Source: Flavobacteriales bacterium | Lineage (GTDB): Bacteria; Bacteroidota; Bacteroidia; B-17B0; Aurantibacillaceae | Direction: 5' to 3' | DNA length: 56,124 bases | NCBI GenBank assembly: GCA_040382975.1 | Contig: JBEIEI010000001.1 | Span: 1-56,124 of the forward strand | Part shown: one piece after another, positions 39,027-48,448 of the stretch | How positions within the stretch are numbered: the first letter of the stretch is position 1 | Layout: every line of letters begins with the position of its first letter | Notes under the pieces: generated by a model | The model's database searches: none | What the model saw: the letters and a program-made list of their open reading frames with translations, nothing else | Told to the model about the DNA's origin: nothing | Translations under genes and position numbers: made by a program

Positions 39027-39989
39027 TTATAATGATCCTGTTGATTTTAAAAAGCGTTCATCTTTCATCATCAGTTTTATGCCCTCTTCAATACTAATTA
39101 ATTTTTTATTGAGTATGTCGCGCATTTTTTTGTTATCAGGTTGCCTACGCGTCATATCTCCATCCTTTAATGGCGGTAGATAAATTATTTTAGATTTTGA
39201 ATCAGTTAGTTTTATGGTTAATTCAGCCAATTCCTTTATTGTCATTAACTCATCGTTGCCAATATTTATGACATCGTTAATGAATAATTTTTGTTCAAAT
39301 ATTTTTGTAATAACGCTAATTGTATCTTCCACATAGGTAAATGTTCGCGTTTGAAGACCATCTCCATAAATTGTGATGTCTTTATTCTTTAAAGCCAGAG
39401 ATAAAAAACGCGCTACAACAAAATCTACGCTTTGGTTAGGACCGTATGTATTAAAAAAACGAAATATGGTGTAGGGTAAGTGAAAAGTTTGCCAATAACT
39501 TTTAAAAAAGCACTCACCAACATTTTTTACCACCGCGTAGGGTACGCGAGAATTTAGTGGAGTTCGGTGTTCGTTTTGCGGCAGTTCAACAGGTTCGCCA
39601 TAAACTTCGGAGCTTGAGGAAAAGTAGACATGTTTTACAGAAGTGTTTTTTGAGAGGTTTAAAATATTTTTGATCCCATCAATATCATTTAACACATCAA
39701 TTGGATTTTCTTGCGTTCTAATAACACCCACAACTGCTGCAAAGTGAAAAACGTAATCAAAATGAAACGAAAGCATAACAGATGTAACATCGTTTAGCAG
39801 ATTAACATCGCCCTTTATAAACTTCCAGTTAGTGAATTGTGATGATGGTAATTTTGACAATAAGCCGGTAGATAAATTATCCATTATAACAACGAAGTTG
39901 TGCGGATCGGAAATTAATTTTTCAACTAATGCGCTGCCAACATTACCGGCCCCACCGGTTACCAAAATTTTATTTTTTATTGAATTCAT
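39027..39989 (-). CDS. NAD-dependent nucleotide-sugar epimerase/dehydratase
   Basis: TGGAGNVG, SSSEVYG, YAVVK (YxxxK), RFFNTYGP and GDGLQTRTF. Confidence 0.92.
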   Translation of the reverse strand: MNSIKNKILVTGGAGNVGSALVEKLISDPHNFVVIMDNLSTGLLSKLPSSQFTNWKFIKGDVNLLNDVTSVMLSFHFDYVFHFAAVVGVIRTQENPIDVLNDIDGIKNILNLSKNTSVKHVYFSSSSEVYGEPVELPQNEHRTPLNSRVPYAVVKNVGECFFKSYWQTFHLPYTIFRFFNTYGPNQSVDFVVARFLSLALKNKDITIYGDGLQTRTFTYVEDTISVITKIFEQKLFINDVINIGNDELMTIKELAELTIKLTDSKSKIIYLPPLKDGDMTRRQPDNKKMRDILNKKLISIEEGIKLMMKDERFLKSTGSL

Positions 39990-41022
39990 CGTAAAATTCG
40001 TTAATTGTTCTACACCAATTTTCAGGATTAATTTTTTGAGCCATAAGATGGCTGCTTTCAGACATTCTCAGTAACTCCTCGTTGTTTAAAGTTATAATTT
40101 TTTTTAGAATTTGTTTTAATTGATCAATATTTTTTGGTTCAAAGGAATAACCGTTTTTGTTATCGGTTAAAAAAGCTTCTTTGGCTCCAACTGCAGAGCT
40201 TGTTATAATCGGAAATCCTGAGGCGGCATATTCTTGTACTACTACACCCCAAGGCTCAAAATGACTTGGCAAAACAAAAACACCACACTCTTTTGTTATG
40301 GCGGCAAGATCTTTTGGTTGTACGAAACCAAAATGTTTTATTTTATCATGTACTCTTGGTTGAATGTCTCCCGAACCAAGACAATATAACTCCCATTCAT
40401 TTGGGATTTCGTTTTGTAACTGTATAAACGCTTCCCATATGTCTGTTATTCCTTTAAAGTCATAATACCTTCCTACATATAAAAATCTTTTTGGGAAAGC
40501 TTTTTTCTTTGTTTCTATTTGATCTAAATAAATGGCATTAAATTTTTCTAGATCACAACAGTAAAATTCTTTTTTTATTTTGGTTTTGGTAAAACCTAGT
40601 TTGTTTACATATAGCTCTTGACTGTTACCGGGCACCCATGCAAATGTAAAAGTATTTAATAAAAAGAACCTGCTTAAAACAGTTGCCAGGTGTTGTTTTA
40701 AAGATCCGGTCCAGTGCGTATCGCAAGCAAGAACTGTTGGAATTTTGTTGTAATACGGTTTGGTAAGTTTTAAATAATCTTTATCTATCCAGCCGCTGCA
40801 AATTATGATTTGAGGATCTATTTTTTTTATTAATTGTTCCAGCTCTATAAAGTTGAATTTATTTTTATCATATACTTTTAACTTTTCAGAGAATGAAAAA
40901 ACAAACGGAGCCTCTTTGTTCACAGGCCAGCGGATGATATGCACCTCGTTATTTTTTGACAAGGTTTCGCAGCATTTAATAAAGTAGTCTGCAATTTCAG
41001 TATATAAAAATAAAACGGTCAT
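39970..41022 (-). CDS. Glycosyltransferase family 4
   Basis: FLYVGR...KG and PSHFEPWGVVVQE (EX7E). Confidence 0.88.
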   Translation of the reverse strand: MTVLFLYTEIADYFIKCCETLSKNNEVHIIRWPVNKEAPFVFSFSEKLKVYDKNKFNFIELEQLIKKIDPQIIICSGWIDKDYLKLTKPYYNKIPTVLACDTHWTGSLKQHLATVLSRFFLLNTFTFAWVPGNSQELYVNKLGFTKTKIKKEFYCCDLEKFNAIYLDQIETKKKAFPKRFLYVGRYYDFKGITDIWEAFIQLQNEIPNEWELYCLGSGDIQPRVHDKIKHFGFVQPKDLAAITKECGVFVLPSHFEPWGVVVQEYAASGFPIITSSAVGAKEAFLTDNKNGYSFEPKNIDQLKQILKKIITLNNEELLRMSESSHLMAQKINPENWCRTINEFYDEFNKK

Positions 41023-42329
41023 TTAGTTGTCAAACTTTCAGAATACTCATTATAATTTTTTGAGTTATAAAAATACATCCAGCAGTACATAAAAAAACCA
41101 TTGTACGTATAATTACCTTGCCTGATGTAAGTTAACAGAATAAGGACCAGAAGAGCGTTTCCAATTAACCAATAATCATCTATTTCTCTTTGGTTTAAAT
41201 CATTAGAAACGAAGTATTTGAATGCAAAAAGTATAATAAAAATTATTCCCATCAATCCTACTTCCGAAACAGTTCTTAAGAATAATGAATTTGCATCACC
41301 CGTATTAAATTCATAAATACCACCAATTATTTTATTTAAGGAGTATTTATCGTACGCAAACTCATGCGAGCCCAAACCCGTTCCAAATATTGGATTTTTA
41401 ATAAAGTTTTGTTTTGTAACTGTGTAGTTATTGAAAAACACGAACGACGAACCGTGCACCTTACTTAAAAAACTTCTTATCCGTTTTATTTTTCCTCTAG
41501 TACTTTCTCCTTTCGTGTTTTCGTCTAATATATTATTTACAAAAAGTTCATTCATTCCGTCCACCCTTGCCTTAAACTCTTCAGCATTATTATACGCCAC
41601 AAAAAAGAGAAATGCAGAAAGAGGCAATGCAATTAAGAAATACCTTATAGCACCAAAATTAAGTGCAAGCAAAATTATGGATGTAAATATTCCAAGAAAC
41701 GCTAGACTTGAAAAGGAAAGACAATAACAAGCAACAATTACCAAACATTTTTTTAGAGAAATAAATTCGTTGGTTCTCGTAAACAATTGATAAATACTAA
41801 TAAAAAAGGCTGGGGCTATTGCTATTCCTAATGCCGAAGGCTCACTGAATAAACTATTTATTCGAATACCTAGACCGCCCAGATTTAAACCCCATTTTGT
41901 TAGCGGAAAAATCAAGCTAAGTTTATAGCCTTGCAAAAAGCCAACCCAATAGCTTGCAAGCTGAAAAAGCCCGAGGGCACACATTAAAAATGAAATGTAT
42001 AGGTACTTTCTAAATATAAGTTTTATATCATAGTTATAGTATTGCATCACATATTGGTAAAAAACAAGATTTACGCTAATGTTGAGAAAGATCTTTAAAA
42101 ACCTTGGCGTAGTGTTGTTGCCAATAAAAATATTAAATAAACCAAAAACTAAAAGAGGAATAATTATGTATAGTGAGGGGGCGTAAAATTTATACTTAAT
42201 AATAAAAACCGGTAATAAAAGTATAATAGGTAGGTATGAAATGTAAAATTCGAATGGACTATCAAAGAGTACATAGCCAGTGTAAAATAAATTGGAAAAT
42301 ATCCCTACATCAATTAAAAAACCTATCAT
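41019..42329 (-). CDS. Wzy-like polymerase / O-antigen ligase family membrane protein
   Basis: About 10 TMs; RINSLFSEPS, NPIFGTGLGS and E.GL.G motifs. Confidence 0.75.
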   Translation of the reverse strand: MIGFLIDVGIFSNLFYTGYVLFDSPFEFYISYLPIILLLPVFIIKYKFYAPSLYIIIPLLVFGLFNIFIGNNTTPRFLKIFLNISVNLVFYQYVMQYYNYDIKLIFRKYLYISFLMCALGLFQLASYWVGFLQGYKLSLIFPLTKWGLNLGGLGIRINSLFSEPSALGIAIAPAFFISIYQLFTRTNEFISLKKCLVIVACYCLSFSSLAFLGIFTSIILLALNFGAIRYFLIALPLSAFLFFVAYNNAEEFKARVDGMNELFVNNILDENTKGESTRGKIKRIRSFLSKVHGSSFVFFNNYTVTKQNFIKNPIFGTGLGSHEFAYDKYSLNKIIGGIYEFNTGDANSLFLRTVSEVGLMGIIFIILFAFKYFVSNDLNQREIDDYWLIGNALLVLILLTYIRQGNYTYNGFFMYCWMYFYNSKNYNEYSESLTTK

Positions 42330-43348
42330 TAGATTATGTTTACTTCGCGCTCAAGCTTTACTCCAAATCTATCAATTACTTTTTGTATAACATAGTTCGA
42401 TAGTTCAAAAATAGCCTTGCCTGTACAGTTATTTTTATTTATCAATACAAGTGCTTGTTTTGAATGAACCGCAGCCCCGTCTTTTTCGAAACCTTTTAAC
42501 CCGCAATGCTCAATTAACCAACCTGCGGCCAGCTTAAAATCACCGTTTGGAAGTGGATAGGAAACCAAACCCTCAAAGGAGGATTTTAGTGTAGCATGTT
42601 TTTCTTTAGATATTTCGGGGTTTTTAAAAAAACTTCCGGCATTTCCTGTTTCCTTTGGGTTTGGTAATTTGCTTTGGCGAATTGCAATTACCGCATTTGA
42701 AACATCTTTTACAGAGGGCGTTGATATTTTCATTGCCTCTAACTCTGAATTAATGGCACCGTAAGAGGTGTTTAGTATTGTTTTTTTAGATAAGTGGAAT
42801 GAAACCGAGGTGATTAAATAGTGATTTTTGTATTTAGTTTTAAAAACACTTTCGCGGTACCCAAATTCACAATCCTCTTTTTTAAACGTTCTTTTTTCTC
42901 CTGTTGTGATATTTAAGGCCTCCAATTCATAAAACACATCTTTTATTTCAACACCATACGCACCTATGTTTTGCATCGGACTTGCCCCTACGCATCCAGG
43001 AATTAGTGATAGGTTTTCGAGGCCACAATAATTTCTTTCAATACACCAAAGTACAAATTCATGCCAACTCTCTCCTGCTGCCGCTTTTAAAATTATTTTA
43101 TCATTATCTTCTGTAACAACTGTAACGCCTTTCAAATTATTTTTAATTACTAAGCCACTAAAATTTTGTGTAAATAAAATATTACTTCCGCCGCCAATAA
43201 TTAACTTTTGATTTTTTTTATAAACATCGGTTTTTAGGAGTTCTAAAAAATCATCAATTGAATTAATTTCTACAAAATAATCGCAGAAAGCATCCAAACC
43301 AAAGGTATTGTGCGGCTTGAGGTTTATGTTTTCTAATATTTTCACCAT
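42329..43348 (-). CDS. murB: UDP-N-acetylmuramate dehydrogenase
   Basis: NTFG, GGGSNILF, GLENLSLIPG.VGA.PMQNIGAYG, FGYRESVFK, GNAGSFFKNP and LEREVN. Confidence 0.97.
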   Translation of the reverse strand: MVKILENINLKPHNTFGLDAFCDYFVEINSIDDFLELLKTDVYKKNQKLIIGGGSNILFTQNFSGLVIKNNLKGVTVVTEDNDKIILKAAAGESWHEFVLWCIERNYCGLENLSLIPGCVGASPMQNIGAYGVEIKDVFYELEALNITTGEKRTFKKEDCEFGYRESVFKTKYKNHYLITSVSFHLSKKTILNTSYGAINSELEAMKISTPSVKDVSNAVIAIRQSKLPNPKETGNAGSFFKNPEISKEKHATLKSSFEGLVSYPLPNGDFKLAAGWLIEHCGLKGFEKDGAAVHSKQALVLINKNNCTGKAIFELSNYVIQKVIDRFGVKLEREVNII

Positions 43349-43355
43349 ACTTAAA

Positions 43356-43363
43356 CAAAAATA
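43356..43363 (-). promoter_or_regulatory. -7 promoter element (TATTTTTG) upstream of murB
   Basis: TAnnTTTG match 7 bp upstream of the ATG, which would imply a nearly leaderless mRNA. Confidence 0.4.
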
Positions 43364-43416
43364 ACTAATAAATTAGGTGTAATATTTCTATCTTTAACCC
43401 AATATCAACAAAGTAT

Positions 43417-44541
43417 TTGTTTACAACAAAAAAAATAGCAATAGTTAGTGTAATTAACGATCTGGTTACTGACAACAGGGTGAAAAAAACCTGCTTAACT
43501 CTTGCTGAATGTGGATTTGATGTAGTATTGATAGGGAGAGAACTTCCAACCTCATTGCCGTTTCAAAACGCCAAATTTAAGGCCGTTCGTATGAAATTGT
43601 TTTTTTTGCAGGGACCACTTTTTTATTTCTTTTTTAATCTTAGGCTGTTCTTTAAACTCTTGTTTACTAAAGCGGATATTCTTTATGCTAATGATCTAGA
43701 CACGCTATTACCTAATTACTTAGTTTCAAGAATAAAATCTTTGCCTTTAATTTATGACAGTCACGAATTATTTTGCGAAGTACCAGAATTATTAAATTCG
43801 CCAATTAAGCAAAAAATATGGTTAGGAATTGAAAAACGAATTGTTCCGCAACTAAAAAATTGTATTACCGTTAATGACAGTATTGCTAAAATTTTTGAAG
43901 AAAAATATTCAGTAAAGTTTAACGTAGTAAGGAACATTTCTGATTACGATAGCAACTTTTGCGCTAAGGACAAAGAAGCTTTAAAACTGCCTTTAAATAA
44001 AAAAATTATTTTGCTCCAAGGCGCAGGAATTAATATAGACAGAGGTGCAGAAGAATTAATTGATGCAATGAAGTTTGTTGATAATGCCTTGTTATTAATA
44101 ATTGGCAGCGGCGACGTGTGGAAAATATTGCAGCAAAAAGTAAAAGACCAACACTTGACGGATAAAGTAACGCTTATAAATAAACTTCCTAAGGATGAGT
44201 TAATGCATTTTACCTACAACGCCGATCTAGGATTGAGTATAGATAAAAACACAAACCTTAATTACTATTATAGTTTGCCAAATAAAGTATTTGATTATAT
44301 GCATGCCGGTGTTCCTATATTAGCAACACGTTTGCCCGAGATCGAGAAATTAATAACACATTATAATGTTGGCGATTTTACAGAAAACCACGACCCAGAA
44401 GCTCTTGCTCAAAAGATAAACGAAATGCTTTCGTCACATAAATTACAAGAATACAAGCGAAATACAATTGCAGCTTCACATGAGCTAAATTGGTTAGCAG
44501 AAAAAGTTAAACTAAAGGCTATAATAGATCAAGTTGGATAA
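43417..44541 (+). CDS. Glycosyltransferase family 4
   Basis: SVINDLVTDNRV, ANDLDTL, YDSHE, DRGAEE and SLPNKVFDYMHAGVP. Confidence 0.88.
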   Translation: MFTTKKIAIVSVINDLVTDNRVKKTCLTLAECGFDVVLIGRELPTSLPFQNAKFKAVRMKLFFLQGPLFYFFFNLRLFFKLLFTKADILYANDLDTLLPNYLVSRIKSLPLIYDSHELFCEVPELLNSPIKQKIWLGIEKRIVPQLKNCITVNDSIAKIFEEKYSVKFNVVRNISDYDSNFCAKDKEALKLPLNKKIILLQGAGINIDRGAEELIDAMKFVDNALLLIIGSGDVWKILQQKVKDQHLTDKVTLINKLPKDELMHFTYNADLGLSIDKNTNLNYYYSLPNKVFDYMHAGVPILATRLPEIEKLITHYNVGDFTENHDPEALAQKINEMLSSHKLQEYKRNTIAASHELNWLAEKVKLKAIIDQVG

Positions 44542-44977
44542 AGGAGGGCAAATACCTATTATTAATATCTTGTTTGGTATTGCAGCTTTATTTATATGTT
44601 TATTTCATTTTATTTACTTAACTATTAATTATACTACAGATCAACTGGTTTTAGACATAGCTTATCACGGTCAATTTGGAGTCGCACTTTTTTTTGTACT
44701 ATCATGCGTTGTAAATCCCCATTCTTTAATTCGATTGGATAACATTTGGAATAATTGGCCTAGATTTTTTATAAACCGGGCAGCACGTATTGAACCCCCG
44801 TATTTGGTTGCACTTGCTATAACAATAAATGTTTTAAGTCATACATTTTTTCTATCATGGCAAAAACCATTTGTTATACTAATTGGCTTGTTGGCCGCCT
44901 TAGTTTCGTCTTATATCACATATATTTCTATCGAAAAACGCCCACAACTTTTATCTAAACGACTTACATATAAATAA
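44534..44977 (+). pseudogene. Internally deleted acyltransferase-3 (OafA/YrhL-like) remnant
   Basis: N-terminal motifs decayed (LFGIAAL for LRGIAAL; FFVLSC for FFV.SG); RIEPPY is followed almost directly by the C-terminal motif SY..Y..IEK; only 147 aa. Confidence 0.7.
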
Positions 44978-45003
44978 AATACTTAATTTTATATTTATAA
45001 TTT

Positions 45004-46040
45004 ATGGAATTTTCGGCACAACAAATAGCGCAATTATTAAACGGAACGGTTGAAGGGGATGAAAACACCACGGTTAACAACCTTTCTAAAATTGAAGAAG
45101 GGACAAATAAAACATTGTCTTTTTTAGCAAACCCGATTTATACTAATTTTATTTACACAACAGATGCAAGCATTGTAATTGTAAATAAAACGTTGCTGTT
45201 AGACAAGCCTGTTAAACCAACCTGTACGCTTATTCGTGTTGAAAATGCCTATGAGTCTTTTGCCAAATTATTGGAGCTCTACACGCAAATAAAAGGCAAT
45301 AAAGTTGGCATAGAACAACCTTCTTTCATTTGTGAAAATACAAAAATGGGAACAGATTGTTATGTTGGCGCCTTTGCATACATTGGACAGAATGTTACCA
45401 TAGGAAATAATGTAAAATTATATCCGCATATTTTTATTGGCGATAATTGTGTGATCGGTGATAATACAGTGTTATTTTCCGGAGTAAAATTATACCATGA
45501 ATGTAAAATTGGAGCTAATTGTACCATTCATGCAAATACCGTAATTGGAAGTGATGGCTTTGGTTTTGCACCAAATGCCGATGGTAATGCTTTTGCAAAA
45601 GTACCGCAAATTGGAAATGTAGTTATTGAAGACAATGTTGAGATCGGTTCTAATACCTCAATCGATAGAGCCACATTAGGCTCAACGTATATTCGAAAAG
45701 GTGTAAAATTAGATAACCTTGTGCAAATTGCCCATAATGCAGAGATCGGCGAGAATACAGTTATTGCTGGTTTATCTGGTGTTGCAGGCTCTACAAAGTT
45801 GGTAAGAATTGTATGATCGGCGCTCAGGTTGGTATTGCCGGGCATTTAAGAATTGCAAACGGGGTTAAGATCGCAGGTCAATCGGGCATTGGCTCAAACA
45901 TCGAAAAAGAAGGAGAAATTGTTCAAGGATCGCCGGCCTTTAACATTGGCGAATACAAACGTAGTTATGTTTTATTCAGAAGCCTACCAAAATTAAACGA
46001 TAAAATAAACGACTTAACAAAAAAGGTAAATCCCAAATAA
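45004..46040 (+). CDS. lpxD: UDP-3-O-(3-hydroxyacyl)glucosamine N-acyltransferase, frameshifted in this sequence
   Basis: LSFLANP.Y, hexapeptide repeats, [19 protein letters not shown] and [11 protein letters not shown]. One extra A at 45795-45797 joins ORFs 45004-45816 and 45813-46040 into 345 aa ([15 protein letters not shown]). Confidence 0.92.
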
Positions 46041-46042
46041 AA

Positions 46043-46759
46043 ATGAAAATAGATATTTTAGCAATAGGGGTTCATCCTGATGATGTGGAGTTAAGTTGTA
46101 GCGGAACTATTGCAAAACATATTTCATTGGGCAAAAGCGTTGGTGTTTTAGATCTTACCCTTGGAGAACTTGGTACGCGCGGCAACGCTGAAATCAGAAC
46201 ACAAGAGGCAACTGAATCTGCAAAAATATTAGGCGTTACTTTTAGAACCCAATTAAAATTTAAAGACGGTTTTTTTGAAAACAACGAAGCGCATCTAAAA
46301 CAAATAATAGAAGTTATTCGTAAACATCAACCCGAAATCATTTTGTGCAATGCTGTAAGCGACAGACATCCAGACCATGGCAGAGCGGCTAAACTTACTT
46401 CTGACGCTTGTTTTTATAGTGGTTTGTTGAAAATTGAAACAAGCATGGACGGAAAAAAGCAAGATTGTTGGCGTCCAAAAGCTGTGTATCACTATATACA
46501 AGATCAATATATTCATCCTGATTTTGTTGTTGACATTACTGATTTTATTGACATTAAGCAAAAAGCAATCATGGCTTTTTCATCGCAGTTCTATAATCCT
46601 AATTCAGACGAACCCGAAACGCCTATTTCTAGCAAAGCATTTTTAGAGGCAATAAATAGTAGAATGGCATTATGGGGCAGAGCAATTGGTGTGCCTTACG
46701 CAGAGGGATTTACAGTGGACCGTTATCCCGGCGTGAATAGTTTGTTCGATCTAAAGTAA
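46043..46759 (+). CDS. bshB1: Bacillithiol biosynthesis deacetylase BshB1 (PIG-L family)
   Basis: HPDDVEL, DLTLGELGTRG, DRHPDH, AFSSQF and YAEGF. Confidence 0.9.
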   Translation: MKIDILAIGVHPDDVELSCSGTIAKHISLGKSVGVLDLTLGELGTRGNAEIRTQEATESAKILGVTFRTQLKFKDGFFENNEAHLKQIIEVIRKHQPEIILCNAVSDRHPDHGRAAKLTSDACFYSGLLKIETSMDGKKQDCWRPKAVYHYIQDQYIHPDFVVDITDFIDIKQKAIMAFSSQFYNPNSDEPETPISSKAFLEAINSRMALWGRAIGVPYAEGFTVDRYPGVNSLFDLK

Positions 46760-47548
46760 AAACTCTTTTATATACCCGCATACATCAGGTACATGCTCTA
46801 AGTTTAAAGTATGACCTGCATTGGAAATAACTTTCAATTTAGAATCCTTAATGTGTTTGTTAACCTCCTGCGCTAAATGTACCGGAAGCAGCAGATCTTT
46901 TTCGCCTTGTATTATTAATGTTGGCGCTGTTATTTTTTCAAGATTTGGTCTGTAATCTTTTCTTTCTTTGGTGGCCTGCATCAAATTAAAAATAGCTTGT
47001 TTATTTTGTTGAGCATCCAAACGCGCTTCTTTCATTAATTGAATTGGAATGATCGGGTGTGAAAAATATTCTTCACTTAACACACTTGGCAACATAATAT
47101 CCAGCATTAAATTATAACCGCCCAAATCTAAGGCACGCCACCAGCTTAATTCAATGGCTTCGTAATATGGTGTTTTGTGTGCAAAAGTAGATATTAGAAT
47201 TAATTTATTTACAAAATTTGGATGATTAACTGCAAAATTTTGTGCCACCATACTTCCATAAGATAAACCTATGATGGTTGCTTTGTGTATTTTTTCTTGT
47301 TGTAAAACATGTTTTACATCATTAGCATGTTGATCAAAATCACGCCAATGTTCTGCTTTATCACTCTGTCCCTGAAATATAAAATCGATTAAAATTATTT
47401 TATACTTTTCTTTAAAATAAGGCAAAACAAATAACCACGAAACGGTTGATTGTGTTAAACCATTTAAAAACACAAGTGTTTCCTCCAATGAAGTATTACC
47501 TTGAACTTCGTAGTAAACGTTCAGATCGTCTATGGTTTTACATTTCAT
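46751..47548 (-). CDS. Alpha/beta hydrolase
   Basis: GLSYG nucleophile elbow, GEKD acid and AGH histidine. Confidence 0.88.
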   Translation of the reverse strand: MKCKTIDDLNVYYEVQGNTSLEETLVFLNGLTQSTVSWLFVLPYFKEKYKIILIDFIFQGQSDKAEHWRDFDQHANDVKHVLQQEKIHKATIIGLSYGSMVAQNFAVNHPNFVNKLILISTFAHKTPYYEAIELSWWRALDLGGYNLMLDIMLPSVLSEEYFSHPIIPIQLMKEARLDAQQNKQAIFNLMQATKERKDYRPNLEKITAPTLIIQGEKDLLLPVHLAQEVNKHIKDSKLKVISNAGHTLNLEHVPDVCGYIKEFLL

Positions 47549-48444
47549 TTTATATATTCTAAACTTACTTTGTTTTTTGTTATTCGTAATCTTGCTTTTT
47601 TGCCTAAATAAAGCGCCATGTTTTTTTCAATATGTCCAGCCGGAAAATTAAAACAAACAGGATAATTATATTCTTTAACAGCGTCTAATACTATTTCTTC
47701 TGCTGTTTTTCCAAAAGGGACGGCATTGTCTTTCATGTCCGACATACCGCCAACAATAAGGCCTTTAAGGTGTTTTAATTTCCCTGAACGCTTTAATTGA
47801 AGAATCATTCTATCAACATGATACAATTGTTCATCTAGATCTTCTAAAAACAAAATTTTATTTTTTGCCGAAATATCATCCACACTTCCGCTTAACGCGT
47901 ATAACAAAGATAAATTACCGCCAACAATTTCTGCTTCTGCAACTCCCATTCTGTTTAGGGTATTGTAGTCGATCTTGTAATTAACTTTTTGTCCAAATAA
48001 TAATTGTTTAACCGATTGAGTTGCCTCTTCATTTTTTAAAAATTGAAAAGCCATGGTGCCATGTATAGCAGCAATTTTTAAATGAACTAAGCGGCTGTGC
48101 AACACAGTAGTATCGCTGTAGCCAATTACCCATTTTGGATTCTTGGAAAGAGGCTTAAAATTTACTTTATCAATAACTCTCAAGGTACCATAACCGCCAC
48201 CGCTAATTAAAATTGCTTTTGCGGTTTTATGGTCAACAGCCCATTGCAAGTCAGCAGCACGCTCATCGTCTGTTCCGGCAAATTGATGATGCGTTTTAAA
48301 AGCGTTAGGGCCATGCTCTACTTTTAGGCCCCAACTTTTCAAAATATCTATAGCCGGTTGAATTGTTTCTTTAGACCTAGCTCTTGCTGTAGCTATAATT
48401 ACAATGGTATCGCCTTTTTTTAAATAAGAAGGAGTAACAGACAT
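47545..48444 (-). CDS. LD-carboxypeptidase (peptidase S66)
   Basis: FAGTDDERA, GGYG, GYSD.T, GGNLS, LFLED and FPAGH. Confidence 0.92.
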   Translation of the reverse strand: MSVTPSYLKKGDTIVIIATARARSKETIQPAIDILKSWGLKVEHGPNAFKTHHQFAGTDDERAADLQWAVDHKTAKAILISGGGYGTLRVIDKVNFKPLSKNPKWVIGYSDTTVLHSRLVHLKIAAIHGTMAFQFLKNEEATQSVKQLLFGQKVNYKIDYNTLNRMGVAEAEIVGGNLSLLYALSGSVDDISAKNKILFLEDLDEQLYHVDRMILQLKRSGKLKHLKGLIVGGMSDMKDNAVPFGKTAEEIVLDAVKEYNYPVCFNFPAGHIEKNMALYLGKKARLRITKNKVSLEYIK

Positions 48445-48448
48445 TATA

